A DNA stretch of 64,000 nt from Octopus vulgaris (lineage: Eukaryota), in contig OX597833.1 of assembly GCA_951406725.2 (NCBI GenBank), forward strand, positions 682,001 to 746,000. Reading direction: 5' to 3'. Position 1 is the stretch's first letter, and the number at the start of each line of letters is the position of its first letter. Positions 1-12,556 of this stretch are shown piece by piece. The notes below the pieces were generated by a model, which did no database searches, was not told where the DNA came from, and worked only from the letters and a program-made list of their open reading frames with translations. The position numbers and the translations under genes are program-made.

Positions 1-397
1 TGTTGCATTTATTGTCGTTATTGTATTTGTTATTGCTGTGGTTGCTTCTCGAATTCTTTTCGCTTTTCTTTATTTTTCTTCGACAGTGCAACTATCGTCG
101 TTGGCGCTTTTGTTTTCTTAACAATTGCTCTTGCTGTTGTTGCTGTCGGCCTGGTTTTCCATTGAATCTAATCTCATTGTTGCTATTGCTAATACTGGTG
201 TGCCTGTATTTGTTGCTGTTGTTGTTGCAACCGCAATTGTAGTATTTAAACTTTTGAAGGAATATTCTGGTTATTCCACTTACCGTACTTACTCCCACTC
301 CAACAACACTCAACAATTGTTTGATTTTTTCTACTTGTGTTTAATTGTTTTGTTTTGCATTACATTTTATTGTGTGTTACTGTGCTTTATTGTAATA

Positions 398-748
398 CTA
401 GCAGTATCGCCCGGCGTTGCTCGGGTTTGTTTCGACCCTTTAGAATTGGAATTTCTGAAAAGTAAAAATTTTGCATTATATAGCTTGTTATTTTCTTTAA
501 GTGAACATTTTTCTGGTTGAAATACATCGAAAAATGGTGACACAGCAGTCAAAAGTCGTAAAAAAAATAGGGATTTTCATAAAAAAAAGCACCTTTTTGA
601 TGTAAATTATTTTTGGTGTTAACATTGTCCGATTTGAATTTTTTCTTCTACGGAAGGAAGAGCAAGCCTTCTTCTATCATACTCACAATTTTGGTCAATT
701 TGCGCCGCAGGGCCTCGGAGGAGATGGTGTTAGTTGAAGGCTACCAAA
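398..748 (-). mobile_element. Non-autonomous Helitron, 3' end intact, 5' end missing
   Basis: Minus strand ends CAAACCCGAGCAACGCCGGGCGATACTGCTAG|T (GC hairpin plus CTAG), identical to the 3' end at 14816-14847. Its distal part matches the Helitron 5' fragment at 51626-51701. Confidence 0.75.
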
Positions 749-1073
749 TCATTTTCGGATCTTCAGTAGAGTATATCAAAAAAATATAATTTGCTGAGTC
801 GAACGCCAACATCCACACGAAGCCGAATAAAGGCGAATGGCACAGCCGATTATATCTGCAGTTACGTTCAAATATCCTCATTCTCGCGCGTTGAAAAAAC
901 CGGATGTAAATACTACCCCAGTAATTTACTGCCGGTTTGAGAACATATTAATTTATAATTAAAATCACAATAAGGGGGAAAAATTGAATATTAATTAATA
1001 ACATCAATTTAAAACACCAAGTGGCCTAGCGTATAAAGACTGGGATACAGTAAAAATTATTAATACAAGTAAC

Positions 1074-1379
1074 GAGAGAGAGTCCACATGTAGTCACTCT
1101 AACGCTAGATATAGATGCACGAAGGGAATCCACCACTAAAGAATTGTTCTCAAGAATTTTAATTATAAAATGATTATGGAAGTAATTGGGATTAACGGTG
1201 AAACAATTAACGGTGAAACAATTGTATAGAGTTAATCTATTTTTTCGTTGTTTTTCATTTGTCCTGCTCGTTTACATTCTTGGCGCGTTGAATTAATTCT
1301 CGAGAATATTTTTTTAGTGGTGGATTCCCTTCGTGCATCTGTATCTAGCGTTAGAGTGACCACATGTGGACTCTCTCTC
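1074..1379. repeat. Fold-back inverted repeat (~85-bp arms, ~135-bp spacer)
   Basis: GAGAGAGAGTCCACATGTAGTCACTCTAACGCTAG... at 1074 is near-perfectly inverted at 1296-1379. Confidence 0.85.
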
Positions 1380-1396
1380 ATTATATATATATCACA

Positions 1397-1689
1397 GTGA
1401 CCGACCAGGCTATCAGATGTTGCTACACATCGCTGGTCACAATGCGCCTTGCATTGTTTTAGCCTTCAAATGATGCCACCCCGCTGGCTAAGCGAGCAGG
1501 CCAACAGAAGAAAGATTGAGAGAAAGTTGTGGCGAAAGAGTACAGCAGGGATCGCCACCATCCCCTGCCGGAGCCTCGTGGAGCTTTAGGTGTTTTCGCT
1601 CAATAAACACTCACAACGCCCGGTCTGGAAATCGAAACCGCGATTCTACAACCACGAGTCCGCTGCCCTAACCACTGGGCCATTGCGCC
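1397..1689 (-). mobile_element. tRNA(Arg-like)-derived SINE, family B
   Basis: Minus-strand head GGCGCAATGGCCCAGTGGTTAGGGCAGCGGACTCG with A and B boxes; near-identical copy at 34121-34411. Confidence 0.85.
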
Positions 1690-1690
1690 T

Positions 1691-1786
<96 letters not shown>

Positions 1787-1817
1787 CAATAATAATTCTA
1801 TATATATAGCAATAATA

Positions 1818-1870
<53 letters not shown>

Positions 1871-2068
1871 CAAAATTAGAGAATGGAGAAACATACTTAA
1901 ATCAGTAAAACATCAACTATCCGATGATACTCAATCCATACTTTAATACACCATTACATATGAGTAAAGGCAATATATAAAATGAAATGAGATATACAGT
2001 AATAGTAAAAGTAAAAAGATAAAGAGATATAAGTAAAATTTCAAATATAATATGCAAATAAATCAAAA

Positions 2069-2176
2069 CTGACAGCTGTTTCGGCAGTGAGGACAGTCAT
2101 ACCTCATTTAACCTATAAGCCATAAAGGCAGGTATAAATGAGGCATTAACAAGGATGCCCCACGGCCTCTTCAGAG
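2069..2176 (-). ncRNA. Type-I hammerhead ribozyme with ~85-nt extended stem II
   Basis: CUGAAGA-GGC...GCC-GAAA-CAGCUG-UC. Stem II includes UGCCUCAUUUA/UAAAUGAGGUA; stem III is palindromic; stem I is only ~2 bp. Confidence 0.7.
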
Positions 2177-2515
2177 AATTAAATTAAATTTGATATAATA
2201 GTGAAAAATATTATATAATCATATACATATAAATATAAAAATATAAAAATGTAAAATATAAAAACTTATACATCATAATGCTACACTTATATAATATAAT
2301 ACACATTTGTACAAAAAGGAAGGTAAACAGAACAATATAAAACAAAATATATAACAGTGTATATATTAATATTAATAAGTACCGATATTATACATATTTG
2401 GCTAATAGTTTTTTTTATAAAAAAAGGGCTAACACATATGGAGATGAAAAATAATAATTAAATCCGTGGTACAGTTCATAAAATTCTAAAGCTATAAAAG
2501 TTAATAAAAATTACT

Positions 2516-2568
<53 letters not shown>

Positions 2569-4312
2569 TAATAATAATAAAAAATACTAAAAATAGATAC
2601 AGTTAAGTTAGCACCAAGTCCATCCTTTCAAGATCGAAATAACTATGAGTTAAGAAATGCTGACCACTAGGTAAAGAAAATTTAGATTAATTCGATTGGC
2701 TATTGGTTTGAAATTTAAATCACAAAAGAAAATTATACGGTTGGTTAGTCAAGGAACGCCAATATTCACACACGCATCTACAGATCAATCGCACATACAC
2801 ACATAGTTATATGTATATACATACACTTATACACATACAAAATTACAAGCAACAACTAGCACTTAGGTAAACAAAAAAGGGAAGCAACTATGCTAACATT
2901 TAGTCCTTCAAAATTATAACTGAGCCTTAATAACAAAAAAAGAACCATCCATGCATTCTATAAAATATTTAATTTAGATATAAATATATTTTTAAATATC
3001 AGTATGTTACTAATTCAGATAATTATTTCATGGGTAACTTAAAATTTATAACACCGGTTTGTTACAGAGTAAACATACGGTTGTTAGGTTTATCGTAAGT
3101 TTGTTATGATTTAAAGTACGCTAAATTATAAAATATAAAATATAAAATATATATTAATTTAAATATTATAAATAAGTCACTTATTAACTTAATAAATATA
3201 GTGCCAAAATATACCAGTTTAGGCATTAAAGAATAGAAGGGGAAGTATTAATGTAAACGCTTATGAGAACATCACAGAAATTTTAAATAAATTTTATATT
3301 ATAAAGACTTAAGATGAAAAGAGATAAAATAAATAAAAAGGAATACATACGAAGGAATAAATACGGTTATACACATAATTATAAGTACAAACTAGTATAT
3401 ATGTATTCATATATTATTAAAATTAAATACAAATAAATGATAGATATGTATGTATAAAACTACACCAGTATAAGTAAATAAGTAAAAAATAAATAGGTAA
3501 CAAATTAGATGACTTGATATGTATGTAAACATCTACACTTAAATAGGCAAATAAATAAATGAATAGAAGACTAGATGCAAAGATTGATAATATTACAATA
3601 AAATGGGAAATAAACAAAAATAAATAAAGTGAATATATATATTTTATATATATTTTATATTGTTGAAAGTAAATATGTATGGAAGGATAGTTTAAGGTAC
3701 AGATCCAGAGGACTATAGATATAAACTAAATATATGAGGCTGGTAAAAAAATATAAAGCAAAATGCATGTAAATGAGAAAATGAAAAAAAAAATGAAAAA
3801 GGTTTATCAGTGAATAGCATAAGATACAAATTAAGGTGAGTACAAAAGGACCAAATATATAATAAAAACCTTCCAAATAAACACATACAAAAAAGCTATA
3901 ATCTCAACCTAAACCCACCAAACTCACAAAAGGCTCTCATATATTACATATTATACAATATCATTACATTATCTAGAGCTAGGTATCTAACCAAGAAATA
4001 CATATATACTATGCAATATACTATGCAATATTGGAAAACTTCAAAAATCACACATTACAAGGCAAATACCAAAATGAATATGCTATTTTATGTCATATTG
4101 CATTTCTCTTAAAAAAACAAACAAAAACCCACATACAAAAATCAAGAAACCAATAATACTAGACACATCCATTAATTATTATACAAATGTAGCTATAAAA
4201 ATTATAAAATTATGAAATTTATAAATTGTATACTTTAGAATTATAGAGGACCACAGGTATATTTAGTTAAAGAAGGGAATTAAAAAATTAATAATAGTGG
4301 AAGTGCTAAGTT

Positions 4313-4812
4313 CTATTTGAATCTAGAAAAGGTGAACGGTAGCCTATGAATACAAAAGAAGTTTTTCTCATTAATGTTGTTAATAATTTGCCGACCCGCT
4401 TTAATAATGAAGAAAATTTCATTAATACATAGAGAGCATTTTTTATTTTTTCCATTATACACAGGTGCTGAAGTTAGTATTTTCCAGTTTAATCTAAAAT
4501 CTAAGTTCTTACTTTTAAGTTCCCAAATGTATGCACTTAGCCCTGTAGAGTACATTCTATTTTTATTCCTAAAAGTATATCTGTGATAATTCCATCTTTG
4601 TTTTATGCTATTCATAGTTGCACCGATATACACCCTACTACTCAATTGTGTATCTACAGTGCATTGGTAAACTACCTCCTTCCTGAGGCATTGATTACCA
4701 AATACACATTTATTTTTATTTCTGCAATTACAAAGATTAACAGAATGAGGAAATCTAAGATTGGACACCACCCCTATACTACTATTCACATTATAAGTGT
4801 TACAATTGTTAT
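4313..4812 (-). CDS. PLE GIY-YIG endonuclease domain (C-terminal part of the retroelement ORF)
   Basis: CNCRNKNKCVFGNQC...VVYQC...YIG...KQRWNYH...STGLSAYIWELK...WKIL...KCSLCINE...CIH: Cys-rich linker plus GIY-YIG/CCHH pattern. Frame is open to the stop at 4313. The annotated ORF upstream of ~4812 is unrelated repeat. Confidence 0.85.
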
Positions 4813-4917
4813 CATATACATAGATAAGAAAAAAAAAGGAAACGAAAGTCAAAGGACGTACACAGTGAATAAATTGGATTGACACCCAAAGAAGGTTTAA
4901 GATGATAAAAAGAGGAG

Positions 4918-4952
4918 ACGTGACGTTTCGGGCATGGTTCTTCGTCAAGAAA
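4918..4952 (-). ncRNA. Degenerate minimal hammerhead in a short PLE-like insert
   Basis: UUGACGA-A-GAACC-AU-GCCC-GAAA-CG-UC; C3 is mutated and stem II is weak. Confidence 0.45.
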
Positions 4953-5347
4953 AGGAAAAAGGGAAAAAGTTCGGAGAGAAGGAAAAGACTAGCCCGATGT
5001 GTGTCTGTGTGTGTGTATGTGCACGCGTGTTTGCGCATATGCGTGTATGTATATATAGCTACACACACACACACACGCACATATATATATATATATGTGT
5101 GTGTGCGCGTATGTGTGTGTGTGCGCGTATGTGTGTGTTTGTGTGTATATATACATATAGTTACATATATGTGTGTGTGTGTGTGTATGTATGCATATGT
5201 ATATAAATACGTGCATGTGCATATACATGATTACATATGTGTGTGTATGTGTATGCATGTATGGATGGATGGATTGATGAATGCCTATCTAAGTTTGTGT
5301 GAAGGAGTGTGGTCCACAGGTTAGTTTTCAGCTGACGATCATAACGG

Positions 5348-5492
5348 CTTCTTCTTCTTCTTCTTCTTCTTCTAGCTTCTTCTTCTTCTTCTTCTTCTTC
5401 TTCTTCTTCTAGCTTCTTCTTCTTCAAGCTTCTTCTTCTTCTCTTCTTCTTCTTCTTCTTCTTCTTCTTCTTCTTCTTCTTCTTCTTCTTCC

Positions 5493-5523
<31 letters not shown>

Positions 5524-6275
5524 CTTCTTCTTCCACTTCTTCTTCTTCTTCCACTTCTTCTTCTTCTTCTTCTTCTTCCACTTCTTCTTCTTCTTCTTCC
5601 ACTTCTTCTTCTTCTTCTTCTTCTTCCACTTCTTCTTCTTCCACTTCTTCTTCTTCCACTTCTTCTTCTTCTTCTTCTTCTTCTTCCACTTCTTCTTCTT
5701 CTTCTTCTTCTTCTTCCACTTCTTCTTCTTTTTCCTCTTCTTCTTCTTCCACTTCTTCTTCTTCCCCTTCTTCTTCTTCCCCTTCTTCTTCTTCCCCTTC
5801 TTCTTCTTCCCTTCTTCTTCTTCTTCTTCTTCTTTTTCTTCTTCTTCTTCTTCTTCCACTTCTTCTTCTTCCACTTCTTCTTCTTCTCCTCCTTCTTCTT
5901 CTTCTTCTTCTCCTTCTTCTTCTTCTTCTTCTTCTTCCCCTTCTTCTTCTTTTCTTCTTCCCCTTCTTCTTCTTCTTCTTCTTCTTTTTCTTCTTCTTTT
6001 TCTTCTTCTTTTTCTACCCCTTCTTCTTTTTCTTCTTCTTTTTCTACCCCTTCTTCTTCTTTTTCTTCTTCTTCTTCTTCCCCTTCTTCTTCTTCTTCCC
6101 CTTCTTCTTCCCTTCCTTCTTCTTCTTCTTCTTCTTTTTTTTTCTTCTTCTTCTTCTTCACCCTCCTCATCCCCCCCACCACCACTCCTTCTCCTTCTCC
6201 TGCTGTGCCTCCTTCTCTTTATTCTCCTCCTCCTCCTCCTCCTCCTCCTCCTCCTCCTTCTCCTCTTTCTTCTCC
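5348..6275. repeat. (CTT)n/(CCT)n polypyrimidine tract
   Basis: ~930 bp, nearly pure C/T, with periodic CCAC interruptions. Confidence 0.95.
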
Positions 6276-6390
6276 TTGTTCCGCCGCCGCTGCTACTGCC
6301 GTCGTTGTATGCGATGTTTCTTTACTTTAAGCCAGGAACAAGGTCAAATCCATTTCGTACGGTACGTGGGAAAAAGAAACACACACACAC

Positions 6391-6464
<74 letters not shown>

Positions 6465-6604
6465 AACCACTCTTACAACATTCCAGCGTCTGTAATTAAA
6501 ATTATCGCTTTCCCAGCATAAAACGAAAGACTAAATGGATAAATAAATATTTTCTTTCTTTGCTGTAAAGCTTCACATATTTGGAAACGTGTTTTACATT
6601 TGGA

Positions 6605-6921
6605 GCAATGTGGTGTGGCTGCGTGGGTAAGGAGTTTGCTTCCCAACCACATGGTTCCGGGTTCAGTCCCACTCTGTCGAACACTAATAACTGACTTCTA
6701 CTATAGTTTTTGGCACGACCAAATTTTCGTAAGCGAATTTGGTTGATGGAAACCAAAGAAGCTCATCGGCTGTGTGGGAAGTAGCTTGCTTACCAACCAC
6801 ATGGTTCTAGGTTCAGTCCCACTGCGTGGCACCTTGGACAAGTGTCTTCTACTACAGCGCCGGGCCGATCAAAGCCTTGTGAGTGGATTTGGTAGACGGA
6901 AATTGAAAGAAGCCCGTCGTA

Positions 6922-6987
<66 letters not shown>

Positions 6988-7196
6988 ACAAGATAAGGGC
7001 ATAAGAAAAAATCTAATGCCAAATATGCCGAAAAAAAGACAAAACTTTTCAATAACCATTATAATTTATGCGTCTCGAAACAAACCGATAGAAATCTCTA
7101 AAAAATTCGTTATTACCGTATTGGTCCAATTTCGGGGTTAATTAATTTTATCCTACATTAGTTATAAATTGAATAGTGTTTCACTTCCGGATTCTC

Positions 7197-7258
<62 letters not shown>

Positions 7259-7474
7259 GTATGTATGTGTGTGTATGTTTGTGTCTGTTTTTCCCCCCAG
7301 GATCGCTTGACAACCGATGCTGGTGTGTTTACGTCCCCGTAACGTAGCGGTTTGGCTAACGAGACCGATAGAATAAGTACTAGGCTTACAAAGAATAAGT
7401 CCTGGGGTCGATTTGCTCGACTAAAGGCGGTGCTCCAGCATGGCCGCAGTCAAATGACTGAAACAAGTAAAAGA

Positions 7475-7475
<1 letters not shown>
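6605..7475 (+). mobile_element. CORE-type tRNA SINE (family A): diverged head, second head, and tail split by an insertion
   Basis: B box GGTTCAGTCCC; CORE-like GTGGCACCTTGG(G/A)CAAGTG; tail ...GGTGCTCCAGCATGGCCGCAGTCAAATGACTGAAACAAGTAAAAG. Confidence 0.8.
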
Positions 7476-7512
<37 letters not shown>

Positions 7513-7744
7513 GGACCAAAAACGCAATAAATGACAATAAAACATTCGGACAGATAGACGATACAAAGGCGGACAAGAGAAACGACAATTAGGACAGGCA
7601 AAAAAAGACGGGTCATTCGTGGCCTTCTTTCCTCAGTCAAGTACCAGAAGTCACGACTGTTTCGGACAGTTACACTTGAGACGGTTCGATCTGGTTGCCC
7701 CCCAAAAACTCTAAGCTAAGAGCATTAGACCCCTTTGCGAGAAA

Positions 7745-8060
7745 GTTAGCGAATGTATACGGCAAAGATATATATAATCTTCTGTGTAAGGCAATTCCAG
7801 GAAAAGGTTCGTGAACAGCAGCAACCACTCCTTTTCATCTTCTGGGACCGTCACAAAGCACTTCGACAAGGTTCCCCGACTAGCGATATTGTCTGTACTC
7901 CCTTTGGTTACTCCGATCACTTCGTCGACCCCATCATCGTACTCCATGAAGATATGGTAGGACGCGTTTGCGAGCGGAATGTACTCTCTGGACCATTCCC
8001 CATCTCCAGGGGCCTGAAACAAGGCTGCTGCGTCCTAGCTCCAACCCTGTTAATTCCATC
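7745..8060 (+). pseudogene. RTE-clade LINE reverse transcriptase fragment (frameshifted)
   Basis: IFCVRQFQEKVREQQQPL...KAFDKV...LHEDMVGRV...PFPISRGLKQGC.LAPTL, matching non-LTR RT motifs. Confidence 0.75.
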
Positions 8061-8098
8061 GGTTTCTTTTACCGAACTGCTATAAGTGCACACGCACG

Positions 8099-8151
<53 letters not shown>

Positions 8152-8689
8152 TAACTCACTCACACACACACACATGTATATATCTATGTATATATACATA
8201 AATTCATGCATTCATACATAGATTCATACCTACCTACATACATAGGCACACACATAAACTTACATACATACATACATACACACACACATACATACATACA
8301 TACATACATGCATGCATACATACATACATACATACACACATACACACACACATACATACATACATACATGCATGCATACATACATACATACATACACACA
8401 TACACACACACATACATACATACATACATAACATAACACACATACACATACATTCTCCTTCGTAGGTTGTCTAGACTTGAGTCACAGAGTTATCAATAAA
8501 GCGGCGGTGGTGGTGGTGTTGCTGGCTGTGTCGTGCGGGTGGGTGGAATGTGTGTGTGTGTGTGTGACGAGTTGAAGGGGCTGGGGGTAAGTTAATTACA
8601 CGGTGAATCATGTGAAATAGGTCCCCTGCTGTCAAATGTGTCGCGACACTAACACCAGCGTCATCCACCAAGCCGCCGCGGCCCGACCC

Positions 8690-8710
8690 ACCGCCGTCAT
8701 CATCATCGCT

Positions 8711-8791
<81 letters not shown>

Positions 8792-9390
8792 GTCATCGTC
8801 ATCATCATCGTCATCGTCATCGTCATCGTCATCATCATCATCACCGTTGTAAATCGACCGCTGCTACTATCGTCCCCAGCACCACTGACAATGCCACCGA
8901 CACCACCGATCCCACCGACACCGACATCACCACCCCCATCACCACCACCACCACCACAACCACCGCGAAGACCACCACAGTCATCCATCATACCACCTCT
9001 CACAATGAAAATGACGGCGACGATGACCATCCATTTTCACCACCACCACCACCACTATCACCACTATCACCACCACCACCACCACTATCACCACCACCAT
9101 CACCACCAATGACACCATCATCATCAACGCCACCATCACCACGTTCAACCTACTGCCACAAGCTCCATCTCCACTACCACCACATCTCCATAACCATCAC
9201 CACCAACCTCACCACCAGCCCCATCACTTCTACCACCACCACAACCACCACCAACTACAACAACTCTCTCATCATCTCCACCACTTCCACCAACAGCTCC
9301 ATCAACAGCACCACCAATACCAACACCAATACCACAACCTGCAACAACAACACCATCATGATCATAATCACAAATACCATCAACCATTAT
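8690..9390. repeat. (ATC)n/(ACC)n trinucleotide low-complexity tract
   Basis: Directly visible. Confidence 0.9.
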
Positions 9391-9461
9391 TCACCCTGCT
9401 CAAGATTACACAGAGTACAAACGAAAAAGGAAATTCAACGGGAGGGATTAAAGTGTTATAA

Positions 9462-9520
9462 ACCCAACAGCCGTTTCTGGAGGTACAGAGATATATATCT
9501 CTGTCCATCATAGTGTTGGT
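9462..9520 (-). ncRNA. Degenerate hammerhead (G5 deleted)
   Basis: CU-AUGA-UGGA-CAGAGAUA..UAUCUCUG..UCCA-GAAA-CGGCUG-UU. Confidence 0.45.
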
Positions 9521-9765
9521 AGATGTAGTATACCAAAATATGCAGCCAACAATAGGAAGCAAATAAACATTGCGTAAACCAAGCCTCCGTTACCAGCGTA
9601 GAAGCAATCTTGGATTTTAGATCATGATGCGGAGAAATTTAAAGAGCAGAATATTTAAAATCATTTGAGCGCTACAAAGTGTTTTCAAAATTGAGAATAT
9701 CTGGATCTCTAATTGTCTTACCTCTAGGGAGAACATCTGAAAAATGAAATACCTAGAAATGGATA

Positions 9766-9837
9766 ATGCGGTACCGGTTTCAGATTTTTCAAAATATGTC
9801 TGCCCACATATATTTGATTTATCCTCATCAGTCACAT
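9766..9837 (-). ncRNA. Type-I hammerhead ribozyme, extended stem II
   Basis: AUGUGA-CUGAUGA-GGAU...AUAUGU/ACAUAU...AUCU-GAAA-CCGG-UA-CCGCAU; palindromic stem III, GUA cleavage site. Confidence 0.75.
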
Positions 9838-9933
9838 ATACCTCGACAATATTTCAAATGTTGCCACATCTATGCCAGTACACTCGACTGAACGCCAACA
9901 CGTTGACAGAACGAGAACAGTGAAGAGGTTTCA

Positions 9934-10199
<266 letters not shown>

Positions 10200-10261
10200 G
10201 CATATATATATATATAGATACACACACACGCACACATATATGGGTCATAGCTATCCAATTT

Positions 10262-10418
10262 TAGATTTTTTTTATTAAACTCAATGAGCTTAGTAACAAA
10301 CTGGATGCTACTTTAACATGTTTGCAAAGTTTCATGAAAATTCGTTAACAGGTGTAGGCGGCAAGTTGACACAAACAGACAAAGAACAGGCAACTTGCTT
10401 TTATAAATGTATAAGATA
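10262..10418 (-). mobile_element. Helitron 5' fragment
   Basis: Minus strand starts A|TCTTATACATTTATAAAAG; internal GCAAAGTTTCATGAAAATTCG resembles non-autonomous invertebrate Helitrons. Confidence 0.45.
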
Positions 10419-10453
<35 letters not shown>

Positions 10454-10585
10454 ACGAATTGGCAAAGGTTGCTGAGAGTGTCTCAGGGGCCGAGAGTTTC
10501 ATGAATTGGTACTTATGAAATCGATAAGAGCCAATGTGCGAAACTCTATCACCCTTTAACTCTCTAATTGCTGCCATTACTGCCG

Positions 10586-10656
<71 letters not shown>

Positions 10657-11227
10657 GCGCAAGTATAGCTGCGTGGTAAGAAGCTTGCTAACGAACAACA
10701 TGGTTCGTGGCACCTTGGGCAAGTGCTTTCTGCTATAGCCTCGGGCCGACCAAAGCCTTGTAAGTGGATTTGGTACGTGTGTGTGTGTGGTTTGCCCCCT
10801 GGCGGGAGATATGTCGCTAGAGGAGAATCTCTTTCCAGACAAATTTGAAGATCCTATATATTTAATCGACTTAAACATCTTTTAATCCTTTCATTTTTAT
10901 ACACACATACACACACATGTATATATATATATATGCATACATACACACATACATACATACATACATACATACATACATACACACACATACATACATACAC
11001 ATACATACATATACATACATACATACATACACACACATACATACATACATACATGCATGCATACATACATACATACATACATACATACATACATACATAC
11101 ATACATACATACATACATACATACATACATACATACATACATACATACATACATACATACACATACATACATACATACATATATATATGCACACATACAT
11201 ATATATATGGTTATATGTATGTGAGTG

Positions 11228-11262
<35 letters not shown>

Positions 11263-11987
11263 CTGTGTGTATATATATATGTGTTTATATATGTATATAC
11301 ATATGTGTGTATGTATGTATTTGCAATATATACACAGAGACCTGCAGTCTGTAGGCGTGCGAATGTGCATTAGAATATCACGTGATATCAGCTTCAAATA
11401 ATATTTGCAATGAAAGCAGAAGCGTTTCCGTTCCTGCCCACCAACATCCGGCCTCGTGTTTTTGGCGCTGTGCATTGAGTGTTCTTTTCTTGTTTGAAAG
11501 CAACGAACAACAGAGGCGAAGTCAGCTGCTCCCCCACCTCCCTCAGCACCACCACGCACACTTACCCCACTTCCCGCGCCACTTCTGAAGCCACCTCACA
11601 ACACCACTCCGTATCACAACAGACTGCATTACACCGCATTACAACGCACCGTTGTATACTGCACGACGTTCTAGACACCCTTCGTAAGTAACGTCGCATT
11701 TGGCCAGTCGCGATCTTACGAAACTGGTCCAACATAGAGCCAGCGCTGGATCGACCATTAAGCAAAATAATCACATGCTTAGTGCACCAAAGGAGGGGGC
11801 ACCACAGAAAATGGTAAATGGTTCACGGCACAAAAGAAATCACTTGCTAAAATAATATCCGGGATGCCTTTATCTCTACTAAGTATAGATGCAGATGGGA
11901 TGCCTAAGATTAATTTTGAGGATCTGATCAAAGACTTTGTAATTAAAAAAAGTAGGGGGAACTTTTGAAATATAAATAAAGTCCTTT

Positions 11988-12105
11988 GCTTACGGCCATA
12001 TCACGTTGAAAGCACCGGTTCTCGTCCGATCACCGTAGTTAAGCAGCGTCGAACCTAGTTAGTACTTAGATGGGTGACCGCTTGGGAAACCCAGGTGCTG
12101 TAAGC
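11988..12105 (+). rRNA. 5S rRNA gene copy (dispersed, probably retroposed)
   Basis: GCTTACGGCCATATCACGTTGAAAGCACCGGTTCTCGTCCGATC...AGTTAAGC...GATGGGTGACCGCTTGGGAA...GCTGTAAGC; 118 nt with paired ends; no oligo-T terminator follows. Confidence 0.9.
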
Positions 12106-12115
12106 GTCACACACA

Positions 12116-12278
12116 GGCGCAGGAGTGGCTGTGTGGTAAGTATCTTGCTTACTAGCCACGTGGTTCCGGGTTCAGTCCCACTGCGTGGCACCTTGGGCAA
12201 GTGTCTTCTACTATAGCCTCGGGCCGACCAAAGCCTTGTGAGTGGATTTGGTAATCGGAAACTAAAAGAAGCCCGTCG

Positions 12279-12352
<74 letters not shown>

Positions 12353-12556
12353 TGCGTCTGTGTTTGTTCCCTAGCATTGCTTGACAACTGATGTTGGTGT
12401 GTTTACGTCCTCGCCACTTAGTGGTTCGGCATAAGAAACCGATAGAATAAGTACTAGACTTTCAAAGAATAAGTCCTGGGGTCGATTTGCTCGACTTAAA
12501 GGCGGTGCTCCAACATGGCCGCAGTCAAATGACTGAAACAAGTAAAAGAGTTAAAG
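12116..12556 (+). mobile_element. Full-length family A CORE-type SINE
   Basis: GGCGCAGGAGTGGCTGTGTGGTAAG head, internal TA/TG microsatellite, AGTAAAAG tail. Confidence 0.9.

Larger units (their letters stand above)
1869..4812 (-). mobile_element. 5'-truncated Penelope-like retroelement (Neptune-type): GIY-YIG endonuclease ORF, long AT-rich 3' region and hammerhead
   Basis: The endonuclease ORF, ~2.4 kb of AT-rich sequence and a type-I hammerhead are all on the minus strand and end at a (TA)n run. That they form one element is an inference. Confidence 0.6.

Noticed and set aside
4313-4812. Selenoprotein-encoding Naiad-type PLE
   Set aside because: The endonuclease is C-terminal, the segment has no in-frame UGA, and no SECIS was recognised.
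4813-5080. N-terminal extension of the 255-aa ORF
   Set aside because: Derived from a separate short repeat and a microsatellite that happen to be in frame.
5161-6185. Long Glu/Lys/Arg-rich ORFs
   Set aside because: Translations of (GAA)n, open in several frames.
11971-11980. TATA-like upstream element of the 5S gene
   Set aside because: It belongs to the host MITE and target site rather than a native 5S spacer.
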